DNA of 58,308 nucleotides, counting the filler, from Dugesia japonica (taxonomy: Eukaryota), in assembly GCA_001938525.1 (NCBI GenBank). It is 6 parts of 6 records of this genome, joined end to end, with 100 filler letters (N's around TTAATTAATTAA, not from the genome) between each part and the next. Parts side by side here need not be neighbours in the genome. Positions count along the whole stretch, not along the records: positions 19,836 to 29,909 come from MQRL01572538.1; positions 30,010 to 38,228 come from MQRL01634742.1; positions 38,329 to 47,162 come from MQRL01620635.1; 3 more parts are not named here. One strand, 5' to 3'. The translations under genes were made by a program, and so were the position numbers. This document shows, in pieces, positions 27,621 to 39,430 of the stretch. The number at the start of each line of letters is the position of its first letter. Within the stretch, counting starts at the first letter, position 1. The notes beneath the pieces are model-generated. The model was not told where the DNA came from, made no database searches, and saw only the letters and a program-made list of their open reading frames with translations.

Positions 27621-28160
27621 CTGAAATTAAAATTTAATTGCATATTAAATAATTAGTATAAAATAAAATTATAATTACAAAAGTAAACAAAAATTTTTAA
27701 ATTTCATTTTAATAATAAAAAAAATAAAAAACGAATTATTTAATAATTATAGAAAGTTCAAAAAATGAAAAAAGTAATCTAAAGAAGTAAAAGAAATTTT
27801 CGTTAGCAGAAATTTAAAATAATCTACTTTTAAAAACCTGTTTGCCAACTAATTGTAGAATTACAAATAAATAAAGTTTTTATTAAGAAATGATACTTAC
27901 CATTATTAGGTAACCAAAAAAGTTCGTTCGGATTTTGAATCAAAATAATAAAATCAAATAAGAATGCTAAAAAACTAAATAAAAGTTTATTTATAACTAT
28001 AATCTCCGTCACCTTCTACCGGAATTTTCCAACAATATAACAGTTTATAAATCCTTTTTTTAAACAAATTTTCGAATNNNNNNNNNNNNNNNNNNNNNNN
28101 NNNNNNNNNNNNNNNNNNNNNNNNNNNNNNNNNNNNNNNNNNNNNNNNNNNNNNNNNNNN

Positions 28161-28945
28161 CCCAAAAAAGATGAAAGTTAGTTGAAGAAATATCTGGAGA
28201 ATATGGTGGATGTGGCAGAATTTAACATTTTAATTCCCAAATATTTTCTTGGGTGAGTTTTGTTAATCATGGAGTAACAAAACTATCTTTCTATTGATAA
28301 AAACCGGTTTATATTGAATCAGTTTATCTTTGATACAGCCCAGTTGCTTTATATACAAGTCAGCAGTTACTGTCTAACCCTTTTCTAGAAATTCGTGGTT
28401 AACGTTATCACTTACATTCCATCAAACACAATGCATGATCGTCGAAGAATGAATTGGTGTGTAATGGACGGCATCCTTTGATGATTTCTTTTGTTATTAC
28501 TTAAATAAATCCATTTTACATCAGAGGTTAATAAGCAATCTAAAATGATGATATTTGTTGACATGACAGCAATAATCTTTAAATTTTGTTTTCATTCGTT
28601 AATGCATGTGAACTCCACTTCCTTAGTTTCCATCGTTTTCCCAATGCATGCAAATGAGTACAACATGTTTCATTCTATACATCAAGTATTCCAGCTAACT
28701 CTTTGCATGTTAAACTTAACTTCTTTTTAATCATTTCTATTAAATTGTCATCATTGATCTTTGATGATCTCCTGAAACGTAGTGCATCCTCAAGTAACTC
28801 ACTACCTTTCGTGAATTTTGCAAAACACTTTGGGACAGCTCTTTCTGTTAAATTTTTTTCCAAAGGCTAAACTTATCCTACGATAAGTCTCTGCGGTTTT
28901 GGACCAATCATGATTTATTTATATATGAACAAACGGACATTTTGA
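28161..28945 (-). mobile_element. Decayed mariner transposase
   Basis: FAKFTKGSELLEDALR helix-turn-helix region (ORF 28675-28863), KIMHCV*WN, TVTADLYIKQL, ILPHPPYSPDISS. Confidence 0.88.
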
Positions 28946-29059
28946 AATTTGAAACTGATCAAGAACAAAAAACTAAACTTTTTATCAGAGTCTTCTTATA
29001 GGCAGGATTATAAAAAATATATAGGATAACATATAAACCAGTATAAACCATATAAACTT

Positions 29060-29680
29060 TTCTTTCTGTAGATTTCCGTGTCATAATATGATGATTTCAT
29101 TTCAATTAAAATATTCAAAATAGGCAGAATACCATTCCTTTCTTCTGATACAATAAACATATTATTATTAATTAACGAATTAATAAAACTTTAGAAATAC
29201 AAAAAATGTTTACGATTACCAAAAATAAGGAAAACATCATCAACATATCTCTTGTAAGCAAGAGGTTTTTTCAAAGAAAACGAGTTCATTCGTTCTTCAA
29301 ACTTATTCATAAAAATCGACAATAATGTAGGAGCTAATGTAAAACACATAGCTACTCGATCTATCTGTTTAAAAACCATTCGTGGTTAAAAACATGAAAT
29401 TTAGCTCTTGTAAAGGTCCAAAATTCACAAAAGGCAAACATATCTTTTTCAGTATGATTACTCACATTATTATCCCCTAAATTACTACAAGGATCTATTT
29501 TTTCCAGCAAAGAAACATTAGTGAATAAGCTTGAAACATCAAAGGACAGCATAAACTCATCATTATTACTTACAATAGAATTTGAGATAAAGTTTACAAG
29601 CCCAAAACTATCCTTACATTCAAAANAAAATTCATTAATTGTTTCAAATTAGAGTTCAAATATTTTGCAATCTTATACAT
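29060..29680 (-). mobile_element. Penelope-like reverse transcriptase remnant
   Basis: MLSFDVSSLFTNV, FKQIDRVAMCFTLAPTLLSIFM, YKRYVDDVFLIF, EERNGILPILNILI. Confidence 0.9.
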
Positions 29681-29689
29681 AAATGAAAC

Positions 29690-31666
29690 TAGGGTTTCTC
29701 ATTTCTCAGTAAATATTGATTCTCAAAAAACGGGAATACTAACATGCCATTCCCGAGAAAATTATATCATAATTTTATCGCAAAAATGCCTGCTTTTTGT
29801 AAGAAAAATCAAATTTTCCTAAAAATATCTGTTTAAAAACATTTTTTTACTAACTGCAAACAAAATTAGTTAAAATATGCAGATTAAATATTTTATTTTT
29901 GAGAAAACCNNNNNNNNNNNNNNNNNNNNNNNNNNNNNNNNNNNNNNNNNNNNTTAATTAATTAANNNNNNNNNNNNNNNNNNNNNNNNNNNNNNNNNNN
30001 NNNNNNNNNTATATATATATATATCAAATAATTCATGGTATCCATAAATGCCATAACAAAAAGTGATTTTATACGAAAAAGCATGCACGACAAAGGTTTT
30101 AACCTTCCTAAAAATCCTTCTCATGTTATGGAATTAATTTTTGCATATTACGAGATAGTTAAATTGGAGTATATAAACCAAAATACAATATTGAAAAACC
30201 AAAATAAGAAGACTAGTATTTTAATTGATGAATAGACAAGTTTGAGAAACCGTAAATACTTGAATGTGCATTTATGTAATAATTTAAATTCACTTGATTT
30301 GGGACTGGCAAGAATACATGGCACTTGTCCATCTGAAACGACTTTAAATTTAGTTGACGAAATGTTAACAACATTTAAATTATCATTCGAAAAAGACGTA
30401 GTTGCTGTAACAAGTGATGGTCAGCGGTAATGGAGAAATTCGGAAAATTATCTCATTCCATTCACCAACTGTGTTATAATCACGCAATCCATTTTGCGGT
30501 TATAAAAGTTTTTTATACTAGAAAAGCCAACATTGAATAATTTTCTAATGATGAAGATGATGATAATATTGAAAGTGATTCTATATACGATAGTGAAGGA
30601 GATGTCGTGAAGGAGATGCAGAACTAGTTTTAGCAAAAATTGTTCGTGAAACCATTGATGCTGTCCGGAAAATTGTAAAATTATTCAAAAACTCACCAGT
30701 GAGAAATTTTATTCTTCAAAAAGAAATTGTTGCTGTTGAAAAAAAGAGAGCTGCAGTTAATTCTTGATTGTAAGACTCGCTGGAATAGCTTAATAAATAT
30801 GGTTGTCCGATTTATGAAGCTTGAAAAACCTATTATTAAAGTTTTAAATGAAATAAACTTATTGTATCTGTTGAAAAAAGAATATACAAAAGTTTGTAAA
30901 GAAATGGTAATTGTGTTGGAACCTGTTAAGCTTGTTGTGGAGGAGCTCAGCAAACATAATGCAAATCTATTTATCAGCGAAAATATACTTCATTTATTGT
31001 TTAATCATTTTAAAAATCGAAATAGCAGTATAGCCAATGAGTTGTTAGATGAATTGAAAGCTTATAAATTTAAACGTCGTAACATACTACTAGTTTCACT
31101 AATAAAGTTCTTATGCAATCCAAAATATACTCAAGAAAATGACGATTTTTTTAAATCACCAAATAAATCAGAAATGTTAAAACTAGCAAGATAACTAATG
31201 ATAAGACTTTTTAGTAACAAAATTAACGATGGTGTTGATGTTGAATTAGAATTTATACCTCAAGTGGAAACTGAAAATGCTATTACAATAACATTGCATA
31301 ACCAATTACAAAGTTCAATATATATGTATACAGACACAACAAAGCCTTACTAAAATAGTGAAATATTTTCTCATTGATAAAAGAATTTAACATTTACGAA
31401 TGTACTGGAAATATTAATCAACATTTGCAACAATTATTTGATGCATTGCTAACAATAAGACCTACCTCAACACAACTTTCAACTTCTGGAACGTTTATTA
31501 CGAAACTTCGAACTCGGTTATCGAATAAATCAGCAAATATATTATGTTTTTTAAAATATCATTTTAAGAAATAAAATATTCAAACAATCTGACTTGTATT
31601 TATTTTAAAATTGTAAACTTATATAATTCTCGAGAATTAAAATACTGTGAGAAATGAGAAACCCTA
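29690..31666 (+). mobile_element. hAT transposon, decayed (transposase ~30035-31574; TIR tagggtttctcatttctca)
   Basis: IDE*TSLRNRKYLNV, VVAVTSDG, LCYNHAIHFAV, LILDCKTRWNSL, LLTIRPTS...KLRTRLS dimerisation domain; matching 19-bp inverted termini at 29690 and 31666 (the left one lies across an assembly spacer). Confidence 0.88.
29910..30009. other. Artificial assembly spacer
   Basis: N run with central TTAATTAATTAA. Confidence 0.9.
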
Positions 31667-31674
31667 CTTATAAC

Positions 31675-31678
31675 AATA

Positions 31679-31741
<63 letters not shown>

Positions 31742-31814
31742 NNNNNNNNNNNNNNNNNNNNNNNNNNNNNNNNNNNNNNNNNNNNNNNNNNAATAATAAT
31801 AATAATAATAATAA

Positions 31815-31845
<31 letters not shown>

Positions 31846-31866
31846 AAGAATAAGAATAAGAATAAT
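31675..31866. repeat. Compound microsatellite (AAT)n-(AAG)n-(AATAAG)n
   Basis: Direct observation. Confidence 0.95.
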
Positions 31867-32049
31867 TAAATATCTGGTCCAGCCCCACTTATATTTATAG
31901 TTGTGCACTCCTGTTTAACTTCTCATTTTCCTTTCTTTAGGATAATTTCACAACATTTTCGTATTCAAAATTTGGCGTTGTAACCCAGAAGTTATATCGG
32001 AAAATTGTTATTTTTTATTGTTGTTATAAATATGTTTTTTTTTGTAAAT

Positions 32050-32850
32050 AGTAAATAAAAATATATGTAGAAATATTGATTAGTGCAATAGGCATGCAAC
32101 ACAAACACAGCACATGTGCAACACACAATCATAAAAAAACACATGTCTAATAAGTCTTAAACTCATCAAACCATTAAAATATACTTATAACTCATTTTTG
32201 CAACACAAAAGCTACATGCATGCGGCACACAAATATACATAGGAACTTCAGACTGCCCGAACATACAGCATCAAGACTGCCCGAACAAAAGTTTAAAAAA
32301 CTCTTCCCACCTTTTATAAACCATGATTTCAAAAAATTCACACACACACCGAAATAAATCCAAACCTTACTTTTTCCAATTTCCAATTCTTTCCTCTACC
32401 CTAGAAAAATAATACACACCCTCATCAAAAAGTTTTTCATCAACCCACACTACTTACAAACACTTAAAATTCAACCCACAAAGAATAAATCAATAATCAT
32501 AAAAATCAATCCACAATCAGCACCATCACCTACGCCAACTTCTTCTCTACCCAACAAACTCAAATTCATTTAAATTCAACAAAAACACAACACCACACCC
32601 TTTTTAACTCAAACGCACGATAACTTACCACTGTGGTGACATGCTGACCTAATTCTGTAACCCTCAGGTGCATTTTAGCCCATAGTTACCTTTGGCAGTG
32701 TATAGGCCGATTTCAAGGACTCGGTCAAATCCACCATCAAAACCCAAAAATCAATAACCCATACACCCATACACACAATCTGTCACAAATTTCGTTTTTT
32801 CAATATATACACACAAACACAACAACACCAAATAAGTGCACCAAAATGTG
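32050..32850 (-). mobile_element. Possible decayed non-LTR retrotransposon 3' region
   Basis: Strong C/A strand skew on the plus strand; minus strand gives PHACSFC and RHVFF.DC-like zinc-finger remnants near 32110-32230. Confidence 0.3.
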
Positions 32851-33314
32851 TACTTGAACCCAAATAAAAATTATTTAAATTTCCACCCATTCCTCTCTCG
32901 AGATAAAATTGAGAAGAATAGATGAGAATTTTAGAATGTCCAGTAGAGAAAATAATAATAATTCTCAAATTATGCCCATTTTATTGGAAACTATTATAAA
33001 AAAACTATTTTTGATCCTGATTGTTAGACTTGGAAATAGAGTTAAGCGTAAAATCTATTTATTCAACCCAAAATTACACTGTAACAAATATTTATATATA
33101 TAACGTTTAATATATATATAGCGTTTAAAGCGCTATATAGCGTTTTAGGAATCGGTTATGTAATAATGTTTGAACACTTCAAATTATGCACACTCATATA
33201 TATTCGGTTCACAGACATTTCATGTAAATTTTTTTCACTTAAAAATTTTATTTATTTTAATATTAATACTACTCACGAAAAATAATAACTGTTAAATGTG
33301 ATCAGCGTCGCTAA

Positions 33315-33850
33315 AACAACTATAAACAAATGATGGAATGTAAAAATATTACTTACACAACAAAACAGCAAGTAGAATGTATTGGATATGCTCTAAATCT
33401 TATATTTGTAATTATCGATTAACAACTAATGTTGTGATAAACAACGAACCTGTATTTTTTTATAGAAGCGCTGAACATTTGCATTCTAAGTAAGCTGTAA
33501 TATCGAAGTAAGGGCAATAACAGAAAAAATTAAGGAAAGAGATTTTGCCACGCCTAGTTTTGTTCAAAAAGAACTTGAGAAATACTAAATACTATACTAT
33601 GATTCTATTTAGAAAAATATAAATGGTAGGTTTAAAGTAATTGCCTGGAATTGATATAATTGTTATGGCGAAAGAAACAATCAAATGTTAATTTCACAAC
33701 TAATTGTTGGCCAGAAAAATATTCGGCATTCTATTAAGAAGAAATATATGATTAAAAATGAAAGGATTGAAATAATTGTAATTAATATTAGTTTGCAAAA
33801 GAGAAGATCAGATTAATGAATATTTATTAAGCATTAAGCTTCTAAAAAAT
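33315..33850 (+). mobile_element. FLYWCH/MULE-like transposase remnant
   Basis: YYLHNKTASRMYWICSKSYICNYRLTT...EHLH matches the FLYWCH zinc-finger pattern; the remainder is decayed. Confidence 0.55.
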
Positions 33851-33911
33851 AACTTTAACAATATATTCAATCAAAACATTTTCTATGATAAGGTTTTATA
33901 TGAAATGTCTG

Positions 33912-34201
33912 CAGTAGGGGGATAGATACAGACGAGAACAGTTGAGAAATTATTTTTACTTCTATGCAATTTCATAAAATATTTAACGACTTCTATGAAA
34001 TTTCATAAACATTTTAATGACTTCTATACAATTTTTTTAATTAGCTTCCCATTGTTTTACATAGGATTTTAAAAATTTTATCGACTTCTATGCAATTTCA
34101 TAAAATATTTAGTGATGTCTATACAATTTCTATAAATTTTGTGGTACTTCTTTGTAAACAAAAATTCTCAACTGTTCTCGAGTGTATCTATCCTCCTGCT
34201 G
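33912..34201. mobile_element. MITE with ~35-bp TIRs and internal ~31-bp tandem units
   Basis: cagtagggggatagatacagacgagaacagttgaga vs reverse complement of the right end cagcaggaggatagatacactcgagaacagttgaga; internal repeats of gacttctatgcaatttcataaaatattta. Confidence 0.8.
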
Positions 34202-34844
34202 TCTGGGTACGATACATTCATTATTTTTTAATATTTTTTCGCCTTGATGTGATGCTCCATTGAGAGATATAAATCTACTGAATTTATCAATTATGGCTAA
34301 AATATATTGTTTTTCATATAAAGTTCTCTTTAAAGGACAACGACATTCAATATGAATAATTTTAAAGATGCTATAAACTGGAATACTAACAAGTTTTTCT
34401 TTTGTTTGAGTTGTCTTTGTTTTTCTTAATTAACAATTTTTTCAATTTTCAGAAACCACTTTTAGAATTTCTTCTATTTCATTATATGAGCTGTCAATTT
34501 TCGAAATCCCATATGACATAGTGATTTATGTTTATATCTAACAAATAATTTTCTGCACTGTAAAGGAATCCAAATTTTATTATTATTTTTCATTATGATT
34601 CCATTTGAAAACTTAAATTTTGAAATTACTAAATTTAAACAGAAAATCAAATTCCCGATAGATTAGATAAAGTGATGTAACTATGACGTAATTTTAATTA
34701 TTACATAATACTACATGTGTGGCGTAATATGTATTCACTAATTACATAAACATTTTGTATAATAAACCGTTGCCACTATATATACTGTATAGTGTTACGG
34801 CACAATGTGGGTGGCGTCTTGCGCCATTATCTATCTACTATAAT

Positions 34845-35195
34845 TCTGTTATGGTCCTTGATCTTTTAGCATCTTTTACTCATTTCTAAAATTCCATGGT
34901 GAAGCGAAAAATCATCAAATACCAGTTTAAACCTGCTGAATATTCTCAAACTGCTGATATCTCAAGAAATTAACCATGAACCTGAACAGATAATAATTAA
35001 AAGGTGCTAGGTCCACGCTGTATGCTAGATGGGATATGAGTTCGATGCTATACAGGTCTTCAACTTTCTGACTAGCGGTTCGAGTGACGTGCTGTTCAGT
35101 GTAGTCTTACTGCATAAGAACTTGGACGTGGGATATCACTATATCCCTGTTATTGAAGTGTTCAAACCAAATTGATATTCTAGCATAGTCAGTGG
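34845..35195 (-). mobile_element. Mariner transposase C-terminal remnant
   Basis: IELISHLAYSVDLAPFNYYLFRFMVNFL, a degenerate HPxYSPDLAPSDYxLF motif. Confidence 0.75.
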
Positions 35196-35924
35196 TTTCT
35201 TATTATGTAATAAGGATGCATTAAAAGCCCAATTGAAGCGCAATGAAAATACAAAACAAATGTAAATTACTGATTGGTCAATTTCAATAATTTAAAAGTT
35301 ATTTCATATAAAAACAAAATTTTAACAAAAATTTCATCAATCAAATTGAATAGAGAAATCTGATTGCTTATACAATAAAAATGAAGATAGATTAGTTAGA
35401 TTTTAGAGTTAAAATTTAAACTTTTTGAAAATAAATTATTAGTTGACAAATAAGTAAGTATTAACTGACGAAAGNTAGTTTTAAACAATTAGTCATTAGC
35501 TAGGTGAAATATAATAACCATTTAGAAGCAATGGTGAGGGTAAAAGTGTAACAAACTGGTATACAAGCAGATGCAATTTGAGTTTTAATCAGAATTTTAC
35601 TAGTAATGAAAATTTAGAGAAGCAATTTAATTACACCAATGTGTTATGATTGCTCCCCGATGACCGCAAACCAAGTTAATGTCCTCAATTCGTGATTGAC
35701 AGGCATGCGTACTTCGTAAAATTTTATTTCGAATATTGTAATTTATGTTTATACGACCGATGTAATAATTTCAATGTGTTTTAGTGGGTATTCTGTGTAA
35801 AAATTCGTGACCGAGTTAGATGGAATATAGTATATCTAAGTATTTGTTTATATTATTTACTTAGTTTCACTTTTTATTTAAATTTTTTGAAGAAACATAT
35901 TCATTTGTCTTTTAATAACCAAGA

Positions 35925-36636
35925 AGTGTGTCGCAGCAACATTTTCAAATTAATTTAACTAAATATTTTTTACATAAAATATCGAACAATAAATTTGANN
36001 NNNNNNNNNNNNNNNNNNNNNNNNNTTGATTGGATTTGTTAGTAATGATACAAACCAATACCAAGTTATAAAGGGTTAGTTAGAAATTTAAAATAAATAT
36101 TAAAAACTTTTTCAAAAAATTATTAATAAAAAAAATGTTTCATAATTAATTTTACATTATTCCAAGAATCAATTAATAAATAAATAATTCAGAAACTCAA
36201 AATATAATCTCACGAATCATAAGAAATAATCAAAAATTAATTGCAACAATCACAGNNNNNNNNNNNNNNNNNNNNNNNNNNNNNNNNNNNNNNNNNNNNN
36301 NNNNNAGTGTGTCGCAGCAACATTTTCAAATTAATTTAACTAAATATTTTTTACATAAAATATCGAACAATAAATTTGATACTATAGTTTACATTGTTTA
36401 GGTTGATTGATTGGATTTGTTAGTAATGATACAAACCAATACCAAGTTATAAAGGGTTAGTTAGAAATTTAAAATAAATATTAAAAACTTTTTCAAAAAA
36501 TTATTAATAAAAAAAATGTTTCATAATTAATTTTACATTATTCCAAGAATCAATTAATAAATAAATAATTCAGAAACTCAAAATATAATCTCACGAATCA
36601 TAAGAAATAATCAAAAATTAATTGCAACAATCACAG
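35925..36636. repeat. ~330-bp direct duplication flanking a 50-N gap (probable assembly artefact)
   Basis: About 35925-36256 is repeated at 36306-36636. Confidence 0.85.
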
Positions 36637-36905
36637 CAATTTAATGATATTGTTGGTTTTAATATTTCTTTGTGACTAACATACTTCTGTTTTAGTTCCA
36701 TCAAACTGCTAGCGAAATCAAGTAATCGAACAGATTTAAAATCGCTTAAAGAAAATTTTCCATGATGATCAATCCAAAGATGCTTTTGGATAACTTCGTC
36801 ACAAATTTCAGGTAATTTTTTAGATGAACAACGATCAAAATATCCAATATATTTTTGCAAACAAATATTACACCGATATTCATAGAGTGTATATTGATAT
36901 TCCAT
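36618..36905 (-). CDS. Stand-alone GIY-YIG-like small protein (Penelope endonuclease-related), 95 aa
   Basis: Uninterrupted ATG-to-stop ORF: LYEYRCNICLQKYIG, VIQKHL..DHH, F...RLL, LKPTI follow the Penelope GIY-YIG layout. No RT seen upstream. Confidence 0.55.
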   Translation of the reverse strand: MEYQYTLYEYRCNICLQKYIGYFDRCSSKKLPEICDEVIQKHLWIDHHGKFSLSDFKSVRLLDFASSLMELKQKYVSHKEILKPTISLNCCDCCN

Positions 36906-37155
36906 TTTAAGTAAATATTTTTAAAAAAAATGATATTTAATTATAATATTTTAATAATTTTTAAAACTTTTACCTACGATAATAAATGTATATTTAATAT
37001 ATTTTAGTAAATAAATTACAAATCTATATTATAAATTGAAATTTTGAATGATATTGCTTAACAATAATTACTAATATAAATTAATAATTATACTTTTAAA
37101 CAACTTGTTAAAGATAAAAAACCTTATTTAGTATGTCTAAATTACGAAATTTTTG

Positions 37156-37289
37156 GGATCTTATTCAAAATATGACCCCAGGGATAGAATTTGAATATGT
37201 GTTTTTTAAGGTCACTTTTTAAAAATGTGTAATTTTAGGGTCATTTATTGGAATTGTGCACTTTTGGGGTCATTTTGTAAATATGATCC
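37156..37289. mobile_element. Small MITE-like inverted-repeat element
   Basis: ggatcttattcaaaatatgacccca vs reverse complement of the right end ggatcatatttacaaaatgacccca. Confidence 0.55.
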
Positions 37290-38228
37290 AATATTTGTGT
37301 TCAATAACAGCTTATAAAAACTTTTTAATAAAATTGTTATTTTAATTTGTTTTCTGATTTTTCTGTAAAAACTTTAATGGTTTAGGCTAATACAGCAAAA
37401 GCTATCGGTTTGCATTACAATTATTTTATTTTAAATAATTTTATTGCGTTAAATGAGAAAAATAAATTCTATAAATAAAAAAAATAAAAATTATTATACA
37501 ATATTACAATTTTTACTTATGAAATGAAAACGGATATTGCCGAATAATATTAAGTTATATTATTTAAATAGTATCATGAAAACTACATGACATTTAGTGA
37601 TACTATTTGGATAGTGATTGTTAGATTTATTNGGTTGTTTAATNTCAATCAACTAAAATAAGACTTTTGATTCAATACTTTATTTAAAATAAAAATAATT
37701 CTTTGAAATTCTTCTTGCTTTTTGAACGCTTCTTCCGACACTTGCCTTTCCCAATTTAAATTTTGTGGTTCCATCTAAGTGGGTTAAAATTAAATTGTGT
37801 CTAGAGTGGTCTGGCCTAGTAAAACCCCGCGAAGAATTTGATCTAGTGTCCCAAAAACTAGATTTTCGGAAAGGAGCCGTTGACTCTTAACCCGTAGTTT
37901 GAGCACAGGTTCTCATTCCGTTGGTTTGGGTTCTAATATTACGATAATCGCTTTACGCAGTGTAGCACGCTTTATTCTTATTTTCAATGATGACGACAAC
38001 AGTGTTTTGAATCATATCATTATATCTTACTGCTATTACCTCCAGGATTTAAAATAAATTATTGTTGAAAGAAAAATAATTATTTCGTAATAAATGGCAA
38101 AAAAGACGACTTCCTATGGTGGAAAAATTAGCAGTTAAAAAGATTCTAGTCAAGAAAAAATCAAAGATCTTGAAAATCCAAGTTAAAAGATCGTTATGAG
38201 TCTCAGGAAAAAGATACAAGGGTTTGAA

Positions 38229-38328
38229 NNNNNNNNNNNNNNNNNNNNNNNNNNNNNNNNNNNNNNNNNNNNTTAATTAATTAANNNNNNNNNNNNNNNN
38301 NNNNNNNNNNNNNNNNNNNNNNNNNNNN
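38229..38328. other. Artificial assembly spacer
   Basis: N run with central TTAATTAATTAA. Confidence 0.9.
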
Positions 38329-38559
38329 GATTCGGTGTATATTTTTTCTCGATCGTATAATTTCAAATTTGATACCCTTCGATGAAGAATAAAAAATTAA
38401 CTATAATTTTTTCTTTACAACAAACAATGAACAAAAACAACCATATATTTATAGGTATTTAATGTATAAAAATGAAAAATAGACATAAGCATTAAAAGTT
38501 TGAAATATTTAAAAATATATGATCATGTTTAATCAATTACAATTTAATAAACTTATGAG

Positions 38560-39151
38560 CGGAATGAAATGATATTACAACTCGAAAGTGTCGATTATGA
38601 AATCTTTGGGAATAATTATTGATCATGTTGACTGTCCACAATATAGAACTCATTTTACCATCAGTAGTGATACAATAAAATCAGTTTTTGTCAAATATTG
38701 ATGTAAAACATATGTGAGTAAATATCTTAACTTGAGCAAATATAGTATTGTTGAGATAGACGAAACTCTTGTCACCAAGAGATGGGTGTCATGGTTGTAA
38801 AGTTAAGGCTCGATGGCTATTTGAGGCTATCAAGTGTGAATCTTATCATCTTCTTTTGAAGACCATGAACAATGATGATGCTGAAACTTTAGGAAATTTG
38901 GTTAAATATCATATTCATGTGAATGCTACATTTTAGAGCTATTAATGGGCTTCATACATTAGGTTTTTTAGTGAAACGCTAAGTTATAATTAAAAATGGT
39001 AAATTACTCTACTAACCTTGGGTCTCCAGATGATTCTGATGTACAGACAAAAACCATTAAAAGTTTGTGGAGTATTTTAAAGAGGTGACTTTGAACCGAA
39101 AACTATCGTAAGAGAGATAAACTGGAGTTAGATTTGGCGGAATTTTTATTC
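38560..39151 (+). mobile_element. Merlin (IS1595-related) transposase remnant
   Basis: IVEIDETLVTKR, WLFEAI, DAETL, WASY, VNYS and DVQTKTIKSLWSILKR, degenerate forms of the VEIDE, SDxWxAY, VNHS and HTxxIExxW motifs. Confidence 0.8.
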
Positions 39152-39234
39152 NNNNNNNNNNNNNNNNNNNNNNNNNNNNNNNNNNNNNNNNNNNNNNNNN
39201 NNNNNNNNNNNNNNNNNNNNNNNNNNNNNNNNNN

Positions 39235-39430
39235 ATATTTATGTAAAACCTGCAGAACCATCCGAACAAGAATTAAGGAACATCTCAAACCAAAATAAAT
39301 TGAAGTTTTCAAAAGCATTACACAGAAACATAAAATTTCACTAGAACAACATCATATAACATGGAAAACACTAGGAACAGACTACATTCCTACACTTCAC
39401 AGGACAAAATATGAAGAATTAATTTTGTAA
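39235..39430 (+). mobile_element. Penelope-like GIY-YIG remnant (sister of 16605-16856)
   Basis: KTCRTIRTRIKEHLK...HHITWKTLGTDYI...KYEELIL. Confidence 0.75.

Noticed and set aside
27895-27905. ATG followed by gtaagt as a possible first TTLL3 coding exon
   Set aside because: Phase-compatible, but it would omit the conserved residues expected upstream of KVF; not supportable without transcripts.
31600-31908. Homopolymer ORFs (poly-I/N/K/Y/L) and other N-spanning ORFs
   Set aside because: Artefacts of microsatellites and gaps.
33955-34140. CRISPR-like spaced repeats
   Set aside because: Contiguous degenerate units inside a eukaryotic MITE; no unique spacers and no cas genes.
35460-35500. ctgacga...aaacaattagtc hammerhead-like string
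   Set aside because: The GAAA box is missing and stem I does not pair.
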